From: Camelus ferus
Taxonomy: Eukaryota
Length of the DNA stretch: 64,000 nt
NCBI RefSeq assembly: GCF_009834535.1
Contig: NC_045697.1
Location: forward strand, 9,426,001-9,490,000
Direction: 5' to 3'
Shown piece by piece: positions 13,417-24,659 of this stretch; position 1 is the stretch's first letter, and the number at the start of each line of letters is the position of its first letter. A program made the translations under genes and the position numbers. The notes under the pieces are model-generated. The model was given only the letters and a program-made list of their open reading frames with translations. It was not told the origin of the DNA and made no database searches.

Positions 13417-14278
13417 GATATATACTGGGACCATCAGACAAACAAGATTTATACCTTTGCTGCAAGAACTTTCCAGTCTATCAGAGGAAACAATCCCATA
13501 CCTACTTTAGCTTCAGAATTATAAACACTGATTAATAAAAGAAAAACTAGAAACCACAGTGGCCTAAGTAAAGTTTGCCCAGTACATCATCAACTGATTT
13601 CAACTCTAATGGTATATTTTGATTTTCTTCAATTAATCTCCCAATTATTAAAGAAACTCAGTTAAAATAGAAACACTTAAGTAGAGAATTCATTCAGCAA
13701 GCCATCTTGTCACTGCCTTAGTGCTGAGACAGAGATTCAACTTCACTCATCTGTTAGGGATCAACTTCCCCAGACGCTACTCAGTAGAGTACAGCAGACA
13801 TCGTCTATGAAATGAACATGAAATGGTAATGATGGCCTGGTTTTAGTAAAAAGGTTAACATCTTTAGAGGACTTTTCTAATTAAAATTATAGATTATTTC
13901 AACACTTACTTCAAGGAAAAGAGCTCAAATTAGCAATACTATTATAATGTTATTGTTACTGTATGAAAATATACTGTGTTGAAATATAATGCATGACAGA
14001 AAGAATTAAATGTTCTAAATTATAATGAACAAATTATATTGTCTCAGAGAATATAACCCAAGTGTTGATGTTAAAAAGTTATGGTACATTCTCAAAAAAT
14101 AAACTATTTTAAATGTTTGCTTTTACTGAGAAAGACAATGACATTTTGAAGCTAAAAGAATGGGGTTTGGGTTCTCCTACCTAACTTCCCAAAGCGATAT
14201 TTTCCTCATTTATAAAATACAAAGCCAATGAAAACTACCTCAAAAAGCTGTGTAGATATCCAATGATTTTATGTATTA

Positions 14279-14803
14279 CAAGCTTCTCAAAACTCTAAAT
14301 GATCACTAGTAAGTACAACTTATTATCCATGTCAGCAGTGCTTGCCATTTTGGAGTGTTTTATTGTTGACCCAGAAGTCAACAATTTTCAGATTTTTATC
14401 TTTGTTCCTCTCTTCTTCCAAGTAAATCACAAGCTAGAATTTCTCTGTTGTAAATATTGTGCAATGTTGAAGCATCTACACAATTTGGTTCCATTTTAAA
14501 TGCTTCTACGTAACTTTCTTGAGGCATATCACCTTTTGAAAATAACCTATGTCACTTCAGTTTCTGGGACTGTGTTTCACCATTTATTTCTATTTTTATC
14601 ATTAATAATCCTAAAGAGTTTTTCCAGATGTTGTTTTCCTAAGCCCATGAAATGTCAATATCACAGATGTATTGTATATAAGTATGTACTGTTTGTATAT
14701 CTGTGCTTTATGCGTAAAAAGAGTAAGAGCTGCTCTCTCTCCCACCAAGAACCAATATTTACTCCCTTGGGAGCAATATCACTACCCCCACTGAGAATGT
14801 ATA
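14279..14803. mobile_element. hAT-Charlie-type DNA transposon relic (subfamily uncertain)
   Basis: Imperfect Charlie-like terminal inverted repeats (caagcttctcaa ... ctgagaatgtata) and a subterminal cccttgggagcaatatcactaccccca motif. Confidence 0.55.
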
Positions 14804-15608
14804 GTTTAAGAGAAATCCTATTTTACATTTGCGGTTTTCCATTCATACTGTACAAGCCAATATTTGGAAAGTGTATAAAATAATGTCAGGTACATATCAC
14901 ATATTGAGTGTAAGTGTATATCTATTAAATAAATTAAATCTCCAGTCAGTCTAGATAAAAACACACTTTTAATGGTCACTATCATTTAAAACTATGCTCT
15001 CTGATTTTTTTTTGTTTGCACATTCCATCAGGAAAAAAATTTTGAACATATACTGCAAATACACCCATGTTTGTTCATCTATAAGTTATAAACAAATACA
15101 ACTTTGTATATAGAATACAATTCATGAAATAAACATTAAAAAAGACCTACAGAAGAATGAAATAAAACCTTAAGTGGAAAGAGAAATTCAAATATTTCAA
15201 TCATGTCTAGTCCAATTTAGAGGACTCTGGTTTAAACACATAATGCTCACAATGTTCATATCATTTTTATATAGCACTTTACTTTGTCAAGGCATTTTTG
15301 CATTTTTTATTTTTAATTTGATCCACATAGCAGTTCTGTGAGATAAGCCAAACAGGAATATGTCTTCCTATAGTCAGTTGAGGCTGAGATTCAGAACAGG
15401 CAGTATAATTTATGTAAGGTGAATGAGTGGAAAAAGTCAGAATCATTACAGTCACACCTGATTCTTTGCTCATCTTTGCTTGTAATTTTTATCTCAACAT
15501 TCCAAATGCAAATGCAAGGATGGTGATTTTCCTCAAATACACTAATCTATAGGCTAGTCTATAGAGTTTACTCTAATGTCAATTTCTCTTGCAACCTCTA
15601 TTCCTGCA

Positions 15609-16090
15609 TTCAGAAATTTCTAACAAACAAATGTCCAGGACTGGACAGCTTCATAGGGGAATTCTATCAAACACTTAGAGAAGAGTTAATACCTTTCCTT
15701 CTCAAACTATTTTAAAAAAACTGAAGGGGAGGAAACATTCCTAAACTTATTCTACATGCCCAGCACTACCATGACATAACCAAAACCAGACAAAGACACT
15801 AAGAAAAAAAAAAAAAAGGAAAAGATAAATTACAGGCTAATATCTCTGATGAATATAGATGCAAAACTCCACCACAAAATATTAGCAAATCAAATTGAAC
15901 AATACATAAAAAAAATCATACATCATGATCAAGTTGGATTCATTCCAGTTACACAAGGATAGCACAATATCCATAAGCCAATCAATGTGATACATCACAT
16001 AAACAATAGGAATAAAAATGACATGATCATCTCCATAGATGCAGAAAAAAGCATTTAACAGAATTTAACATCCATTCATGATGAAAACTT
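15609..16090 (+). mobile_element. Internal L1 ORF2 fragment (start of reverse transcriptase domain), pseudogenised
   Basis: Encodes degenerate [33 protein letters not shown] and MIISIDAEK motifs with frameshifts and stops. Confidence 0.93.
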
Positions 16091-16600
16091 TCATTCATTC
16101 ATTTATTCACTCACTCATTCATTATTTATTTAACAAAGACTAAATGAGTTTCTATTTATATGCCTGGAAAAATTCTAGGCACTGAGAATACACTAATAAA
16201 AAAAAAAAGAAAGAATGAAAGAAAGAAAGGGAAAAAAAAGAAAAATGAAAAAACCCTGACTAGCAGGGAAAGACAAATCATAGACACAGATACATACATA
16301 CCTACATCCATGTATGTGCATATTATGTATAAAACATCATGTGAAAAGCACTATGGAGAAAGTACTTGAGGAAGACCACTGAATAAGCTGAATTTTGAGC
16401 TGACTTATGATATACATGAGAGAGTGTATCATGTGGATTTCTGAAGGAAAAACATTCCACACTGATCGAAACATCAAGTTCTGAGGGAGAGGTGCACTTG
16501 ATGTGCTCAAGGAAATCAAGGAAACCAGAGTGGCTGGAGTGCTGTAAAAAAGAATCTTTAATGACATGAGTAGTAGGAGAGGAAAGGGAAAGGTCGAGGG
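16090..16600 (-). mobile_element. L2 LINE 3' fragment
   Basis: cattcattcatttattcactcactcattcatt tail, tatatgcctggaaaaattctaggcactgagaatac, aaggaaatcaaggaaaccagagtggctggagtg. Confidence 0.75.
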
Positions 16601-16934
16601 AACACAAGCCAGCAGGCCTTCATGTCTTCCCCCACATGTTACCTCATTAAGTCCTTATGGGAGGATTTCAAAGACTAAGTATAAAAAATGTTAAGTAATT
16701 TTCCTAAGGCTTCTCAGTTAAATAGTCCCAGAATCAAGATTCATACGCAGGCCAGGGAAGAACGCATGAGGCTTTCCAGCTACTGCTGATGTGTACACAT
16801 GCACTCATTCATTTTACACGAGGGAAACATTTCTAGAAACCATAGTCACGCTTATAAGATATACCTCCTACCTGGACTCGCAACACACTTGGAAGCAATC
16901 ACATGAGTAGGCTAATTTTTTTCTTGCCCTTTCT

Positions 16935-17330
16935 TTTAAATGGTTTTGTTGAGGTATGACTGATGTACTAAAAACTGCAAATAGTTAATGTATAAAATTT
17001 GGTGAGTTTGGACATATGGTTTGGTTTCTTTATGTTTTGTTTTGTTGTAAGGACACAGCACTTAACAAAGTTTTAAGCGCACAATACAGAATTGTTGACT
17101 ATAGATGCCATGCTGTATCTCTAAAATTAATTCATATGCATAGCGACAACTTGGTATACCAGTTGAATAACTCCGCATTTCCCCCATCCCCTGGTTTTTG
17201 CTTCTATGAGTTTGACTGTTTTAGGTACTTCATATAATTGGAATCATGCAGGATGTGTCCTTCTGTGACTGACTTGCTTCATTTAGCATAGTATCTTCCA
17301 GGTTCATCCATGTTGTCAAAATGACAGGAC
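16935..17330 (-). mobile_element. L1 3' UTR fragment (L1MA9/10-like)
   Basis: ttgaggtatgactgatgtac, tgcttctatgagtttgactgttttagg, tggaatcatgcagg, ccaggttcatccatgttgtc. Confidence 0.8.
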
Positions 17331-17681
17331 TGATTGTTTCTGAACTCATTAAATCGGGTGTTCGTCACTGTGTGGACACTATCTAGGCACATCTAAACAA
17401 TTGGTAGCAGACTCCAACCACTTAGAGTAAGTTAAAATCATATGGGCCACAGCTCCCTCAGCTAGAGAGAGAAGTAATCTATATAGTATAACCTCCACAA
17501 CACACAAACAAACTGAAGATGTATATGGGAAAAAAAGGTCTTAAAATAACAGTAACAATACATGTGCCAAAGTTCATTAATTATTTGTGAAGGAAGCCCT
17601 TGGGCTCTTGTCCAAATTCCATCCCCTACGATGACTTCTAACATGCTCTAATCTCGGTTTTACTAGGTGGCAGCTTGTAAG

Positions 17682-17784
17682 CAGAGTACCAACTGCATCC
17701 AGTGTCTCAAGCTGAAGGGTTTCCCAGGATGTGGACTTTCAGAACTAAAACCAGAAAAGACTAGGACAGACCAAAATCACCCTA
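17682..17784. mobile_element. MER81 hAT-Blackjack MITE
   Basis: ctgaagggtttcccaggatgtggactttcagaactaaaaccagaaaag...tcaccct matches the recalled MER81 consensus. Confidence 0.7.
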
Positions 17785-18152
17785 TTCTAAGTGATCTGCA
17801 AGAGTAGCAGCAAGAGATACAGCAGGGTTGGAGGCAGATGACATGACAGCACAAGCTGAAAACTGACCTGCCAGAGAGAGACGCCAAAACACACAGAAGG
17901 ACTGAACATCATCATTCTAAGCACAGCAATCTGGGGGCAGTTAGTGTGGGGGCAAACAGGCTTTCACTGTTCACGCTCATGAAAATACTCTAAATTACAA
18001 CAAAGCACAACATTTGATATTATTTTAGTTAATAAAGTCAAGAAATATAAAACTTATAGAGTTTCCATTCAAATATTTAACCAAGTTTAGTGACTGAATT
18101 GAACATACAGCTTTCAGTTGTTTGCAGAAATGTCTTTTATCAAAAAGTATAC

Positions 18153-18300
18153 CTTTAGATTCCACATATGAGCGATCTCATATGGTATTTTTCTTTCTTT
18201 TTCTGGCTTACTTCACTTAGAATGATGTTCTCCTGGGACATCCATGTTGCTGCAAATGGCGTTATGTTGTCGTTTTTTATGGCTGAAAAGCAGTCCATTG
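18153..18300 (-). mobile_element. Young camelid-type L1 fragment (ORF2 end), no 3' UTR or poly(A)
   Basis: Reverse complement aligns closely with 54113-54258 of the L1 in this window; flanked by the direct repeat ccttta. Confidence 0.9.
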
Positions 18301-18744
18301 CCTTTAAGTGAGATGTGACTGTAATGTTGAATGTTAGAGGCCACCAGCAACTAATCTGCTATCCCATGCTTTGCAGACAGTGGAGATTCTTTAAGGCTTC
18401 TACTAATTGGAGCTCTAGAAGAATAACTTAGTAAATAATATCCTCATAGTAGGAAAAGTTTAAAAATTCTGCTCCTTCAAGAGTGTCCTGTTGACTACAT
18501 TAAGTATCATTTACTCAGCAGTAAGATCTGTTCTCCTATATTATTTAAACAAGAGAAATGGTAGGTAATTCCTCCAGGTAAAGAATTGGCACAGACCCCG
18601 TCAGTCAGAACACATGTTTTGTAGGCTCTAAAAATAGTGCAGAGTCTAATTTTAGGCTTGTCTTATTTTAATTTTTTCAACTAATTTCGTCAAAAACATT
18701 TTTCTTATGTTTCTTTAAAGAAAGCCTTTAAAATATTTGGAATT

Positions 18745-18860
18745 GGGAAGGGGTATAGTTCAGTGGTAGAGGGCCTGCCTAGCATGTAAGAGGTCCTGGA
18801 TTCAATCCCTAGTACCACTATTAAAATAAATAAATAAACCTAATTCTCCCCACAAAAAAA
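18745..18860 (+). mobile_element. tRNA-Ala(AGC)-derived SINE (camelid vic-1-like)
   Basis: gggaaggggtatagttcagtggtagag...ggtcctggattcaatcccta with A and B boxes and an A-rich tail; TSD ttaaaatatttggaat (18728-18743) / ttaaagcatttggaat (18861-18876). Confidence 0.93.
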
Positions 18861-20494
18861 TTAAAGCATTTGGAATAAAATATTTTCAGCTCTATTAATA
18901 ATTTTTATTTTATTAATAGCCTATTTTAGTAACAATTTATTTTTTTAAATTTACTTTGCATACATTACTTCAATCTCCATAATGCTATGATAGAAATATT
19001 AACTTTATATTGTAAAGGTAGGCAATTATCCTTGGAAAGAGGGATAAATTATTTAGTGCCTGCTGTCTTTTACAAGGCAGTATTTTATTTAGTCCTTCTA
19101 ATAAGCTGATGAGGCAGGAATTACTAATGCTATTTATAAATGAGGAAACTGATACTTAGGGATATTTGATTCTTGGTCTTTAAAATTAACCCCATATTCC
19201 CCTCATACATTTCTCTCCTTCCAAATAACATGCCAGGAACCACCTTGCAAATCAGTAAATTTCAAACTTAGATCTAGCACTAAGCACAGGGTTCCTTTTA
19301 CTAAGTTAATAAAACTAACGTAGGTGTTAAATTATTCTTCTTTTAAAGATAATTAGCATGCTTGACTTCCAAGTTGCAAAAATAAACAAAGAAAAGAATC
19401 ATGAGCTTGGTCTTCACAGTGAACTTTACATCAGAGATGAATGGGTTTGGTAAACTGTCAGTTATTTAGCAACACGCACAGTGTACCAGCATAGCCTGGT
19501 TTCTCAAATACATCACCCTTAAATTTGTCAAATGACCATTAGAATTACATTTTATCTGCTTTATCTTGTGATCATATACAATTATTTACCCCTTTACAAT
19601 ATTTGTTAAGTTTCAACTCTGTGTCAGACTTATCCTGGAACTGAGCTTTGAGGGTGAGCAAACCTAGTCCCAGACCCAGAGCTCTCCTTTTAAATGGGTG
19701 TGGTTCCAAATTGCTGGCTCCTCCTGGCGTTTATGTTCGGAATCGCTGAGTTTAAAAACTGACCACTTAAGCAGCCCCGGCTAACTGGAGGTGATGGTCC
19801 ACTGCAGGGGAGGACCTACCAGATTCAACAGGGTTCAGCTAGAGGCATTTTTATGAGAAACAACAACAATAAAAGAAAGAGATGGCTCTGGTGACTGTTC
19901 TGTTGGGCACTCTGTATTATTTCATGGTCTCAAACCTGTGAGAGACATATTATTATCACTGTGTTGCAAGAGAAGGAGACTGCACAGATGGTAAGCAGTG
20001 AAAATAGGATTTGAGTGGCAAACATTGAAAATGGATTATTATAATTCAGTGGGATAACGTTTGAGATAGAGTTATGCAGACATTGCTGTGGGAATATAGG
20101 GTGCAGGAAATATGATTAATTCAACAAAAGGCCTATTTTCAGCATTCTTATACTTCACATGTTAGAGACTAAATTTTGCCTACATAGGAGGTCCAATATG
20201 GAAATACGTCAGGGTGTAAATGAGCAAGGTCATTGTTAAATTATTAGATAGCTGATTCATAAAACCATCTGTTGCAAAGCAAAATTAACTGAAATTTAAG
20301 TTGAGGAGAAATGTCTGTAGTTTGATAAATACTCCCAATTTGGCTTCAGTCTCAAGAACAGTCCGGGAAGCATATTTGACAATATTTAGGCTGAGTCCAT
20401 AAGCCTAAAGAACTGTGCTTTGATGACCCTTCATAATATAAAAGATTGAGTTTTTCTATTAAAATCGTCAGTGCTAATAGTCTTACTAGGTTTT

Positions 20495-21585
20495 TTTAGG
20501 TGCTCTATAATTGTTTTTGTTTTTGTTTTTAGTTGTTTTTTTAATCTTTCTTTTTGAAGTACACTTAATTTACAATGTTGTGTTAGTTTCAGGTGTACAG
20601 CAAAGTGATTCAGTTTATATATGTATATTCTTTTTCAAATACTTTTCCATTATAGATTATTATAAAATAGTGAATATAGTTCCCTGTGCTATATAGTAGG
20701 TCCTTGTTGTTAATCTATTTTATATATAGTAATGTGTATATGTTAATCCTAAGCTCCTAATTTATTTCTCCCTCACCTTTGCTTTCCCTTTAGTAACCAT
20801 AAGTTGGTTTCTATGCCTGTGAGTCTATTTCTGGTTTATAAATAAGTTAATTTCTTTTTTTAGATTCCTCATATAAATGATATGATATTTGTCTCTCTCT
20901 GTATGAGAAATGCAAATCAAAACTACAATGAGGTAGTATTACACCTCACACCAATCAGAATAGCCATCATTAAAAAGTCTACAAATAATAAATCCTGGAA
21001 AGGGTATGGATAAAAAGGAACCCTCCTATGCTATTGGTGGGAATGTAAATTGGTACAGCCACTATGGAGAACAGTATGGCTGTTCTTTAAAAAACTAAAA
21101 ATAAACTTACTATATCACCATGCAATCCCACTCCTGGGCATATATCTGGAGAAAACTCTAACTCAAAAATATACATAGGCACATTCACATAGGCACTATT
21201 TATAATAGCCATGGTGTGGAAGTAACTTAAAAGTCTTTTGACAGATGACTAGATAAAGAAGATGTGGTGTGTATACACACACATACACACATACATATAT
21301 ATACACAACGGAATATATGATATTTGTCTTTCTCTGTCTGACTTCCTTCACCTAATATGAAGCTTTTGCACAGCAAAAGAACCATAAACAAACAAAAAAG
21401 ACAACCTACCAACTGGGAGAATATATTTGCAAACAGTGCTACCAATAAGGGACTAATTTCTAAAATATACAAACAGCTCATACAGCTTAATATCAAAAAA
21501 TAAAAATAAAAAATGGACAGGAGACATAAGTAGACATTTCTTATTTGCAGCAACATGGATGGACCTGAAGTGTATCATATTAAGT
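20495..21585 (-). mobile_element. Rearranged L1 3' insertion (five segments in mixed orientation)
   Basis: Minus-strand tail and 3' UTR 20495-20902; plus-strand ORF2 pieces 20905-21314, 21361-21541 and 21542-21585; minus piece 21315-21360; flanking repeat agtc(t/c)tactag(g)tttt. Confidence 0.88.
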
Positions 21586-23349
21586 CCTACTAGTTTTGAA
21601 TAATTCTCAGAAGGCTCATTTTAACCATCCTAAATATTAGACAAGCTCAAAGGAACCTGGACTGTGAAAACTAAATGCTAAATTGAGAAATTAATGCTAT
21701 TTACTTGAAGAGTGGGGTTTTTGTTAATGAAATGTTCTTCCATGATGGGCCCTCAACAAAATCCAGCAAATGAATGAGCACTGCCGGTACAGCTATCACC
21801 ACTCTGTTGTAGCCTTGCTAAATTCTTCTAGTGCCCGAGCATTTGTGCAGCTCTCATGATTTCCCAGGTCCTTTCCAACTCCTAAAGCATATAAAATCAA
21901 TTAGGATAGACACTTGTATGCATGGCCAACCCTTGTACTGCCACTATTTATAACACAGAAGGCACTCAGTTAATATTAGTTGTATGTATGGTTGACTGGT
22001 TCTTTCATGTATATCTCCCTCGGAATTCTCCATCATTTTGTGAAGGTGACCTGGAAATTATTATTTTTTTTTGTCCTGCAAATGTAAAAGCTAAAGTCAA
22101 GAGAATATATATTTCCCTCAAATCATGTAGAAAGTTAGTGCAAAACACAGACTTTTTCCAGGCATGGTAAATTGCCCCTGGGTGAGGAACAACTTATCAC
22201 ATTTTTTCATCTTCCAGTACATATTACTGCACTATGCATATAATAGATACCCCATACATGTTTGCGAAATGAATTGCCATATGTTCTTGACATGCATTTC
22301 CTTCAACTTATAAATCTGAGCCAGCTGGAATTATTTTCTTCTTTTTAAAAAGTTCCCACTTTTTACAAATCCTAGCAAGAACACAGGCAAAGAACTGTGG
22401 TAATATTCATTTCATGAATTCAGCTGAAAGGCTAGAACTTCTTTCAGATAACTTTAATCAACACTATGTTTTTTTTCCTTTAAAATGACAATTTTGTTTT
22501 CACAACTTAAGTGAAATCTCTTCCCACATTAAATGTAATATGCGGATGAAACAACCTCGAAGGGATCGAGCAAGAAGAATTTTCTGGAACTCAGGTTGAT
22601 CACTTTACATTGATTATTTTAATGGGTTTCTAATACTAGCTGTGACATTTAGACTTTGTTAGCACCATTTTATAGAAGAAAAAGGTGACATTAAATGTCT
22701 TTCTTAGAGTAGTTGGTGAAATTGGAGGAAAAAATATTTGGGCTCAGTTTGGCTTAAGGTTTTTTTGCATGATGTTCCCACTCATGCTAGAAATGGTATT
22801 GTGTTTTAGAAGGAAAAAAATGAGGGGGGCATAAATAGGATTTGCCTTGATTTAGGGGGTTTGCTCTGAGCTGGGCACTCTGCTAGGTGCTGGTAGTACA
22901 TCAATGACCACAACAGGCAAAGGCTGTGCTCTTTCAATCGAGTCCTGGAGGAAATGGACTTAAAAACTAGTGCTGGAGAGAGAAGGTATTTAAGTAAACA
23001 CATCAACAAACACATCATTCTTTTGGGGCCAATCAGCATAAGGAAATTACTAGAATGAAAGGATAAAAAACAACAATAGAAACTTGCTTGGACAGAGAAC
23101 CCATTTTCATAGTCCTGTGCATAGCTCTGAACAAGCAAAATGTTAGGTTTAAACACTGCATTCAGTCTTTGGTCACTGCTTGGACTTCGAGAAAATTATC
23201 TATATTTTTTTGAGACTCAAGTTCCTCATCAGAAAGGCAGTATTCATCTTTTATAGACATTTTGAAGGTTAGATAAATTTGGTTGTGAAAATGCTACAAA
23301 TGTGGACACACATTTAGCCTTTGATAAAAATTATTAAAATGTTCATATG

Positions 23350-24150
23350 TACATGCATTTAATAAACGTTTATTGAGAACTTACTAGGTCCAGAAACTAG
23401 GCAAAGTACTTAAAATACAAAGATGAGTAACAATCTCTGCTCTTTGAGATTCATTCACTAAGAGATGAAAAAAAAGCCATCACTGGAAAATTATATTACA
23501 TTGTGACACATGAACTACAATAAGCACAGAAGAGGAGCATCTAACCCAGCAAAACTTCCTGGATGTTATGACATTTCTCCAAGGTGTCCAAGGTGGCAAA
23601 CACATTCCTGGTAGAAGAAACAGCACAGACATAAAGATGGAGTTAGACACAGGATGTGTTTCTGAAAGGTGAAGTGTGGGCTAGAGCTGGAGCCTGGAAG
23701 AATTGAAAAGGAATGGATAAAGGATGACTCTGGTTACTTCACTACTTTCACACTTCATCTCCACCTAGAAGAGAGAGGGTCAAAATCACGGCTGTTTCAG
23801 AAGTTAGAAAATGTCTAAATAAGAAAACAAAAACAAACAACAAAAGGAACACTGGATTTTAAGAAGATAGGACTAAATATTTTGGATTAAAGGGTAAATA
23901 GCTGGGGGTGAGATCAGGGGAGGTGAGGGAAAAGCAGCACAAAAATTAAAGAATGATGATTACATAGTGCAGAAAGAAATGATACTTGGTAATGGCCAGA
24001 GACATGCATGGTCAAGGGAGAGGTCTGGCTTTATTTCATCATGACAAATGATGATTTAAGATAAAAGAGACAAGAAATTAAGAATGAAACCAGAACATAG
24101 GTGAAGGAATTAGCCTTAGTAATAATAATACAGTCAAGATGAGTGTAGTA
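23350..24150 (-). mobile_element. L2 LINE fragment
   Basis: aataaacgtttattgagaacttactagg, aagcacagaagaggagcatctaacccag, cattcctggtagaagaaacagcac. Confidence 0.65.
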
Positions 24151-24659
24151 CTTAGTCTGTGGTACTTAGTGTGAGATCTGTTGTGAGCATAGTATACTTA
24201 CTTGTACACATGATCTTCACAACACAGGTATGTATCATTATCATTATTTTACAGAAAAGAATACTAAGACACTGAAAAGGTAAAATAATGTTCCTAAGAT
24301 TACTGAGCTAGTAAGTGCTATAAATGGGACTCCAACGCACCACTAGGATTTATGAAATTGCAAACAGGGGAAATACACCTCAGTTGTTGATAGTCTGTGA
24401 CATTGTCATGATACCACAGTACATATATTGTCTCTTTATGACTTCTAGGTGCCCAAGTGACATAGTTTACGTCTAATTGACAAGAATGTACTGAAAGCAA
24501 AATTAACAATGCCTATTTTTTTTCCTGGTAAAATGAAACAAAATGATAGATAATTTATAGACACTTGATCTTTTCCTGTCTAATACATAGTATGTTCATT
24601 ATATATTATGTATAATATAGCCACAGAGGCCCTAAAATATTGAAAAATGTTTTCAAATT

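Noticed and set aside
18745..18820. Possible tRNA-Ala(AGC) genes here and at 10100-10173 and 56300-56371
   Set aside because: Stems are degenerate, each has a shared A-rich tail and two have clear TSDs, so they are SINEs rather than tRNA genes.
18892..18919. Perfect 10-bp hairpin ctattaataa/ttattaatag (also a 9-bp stem at 14362-14385)
   Set aside because: Short AT-rich stems are expected by chance and are too small for a pre-miRNA; the second lies inside a DNA transposon.
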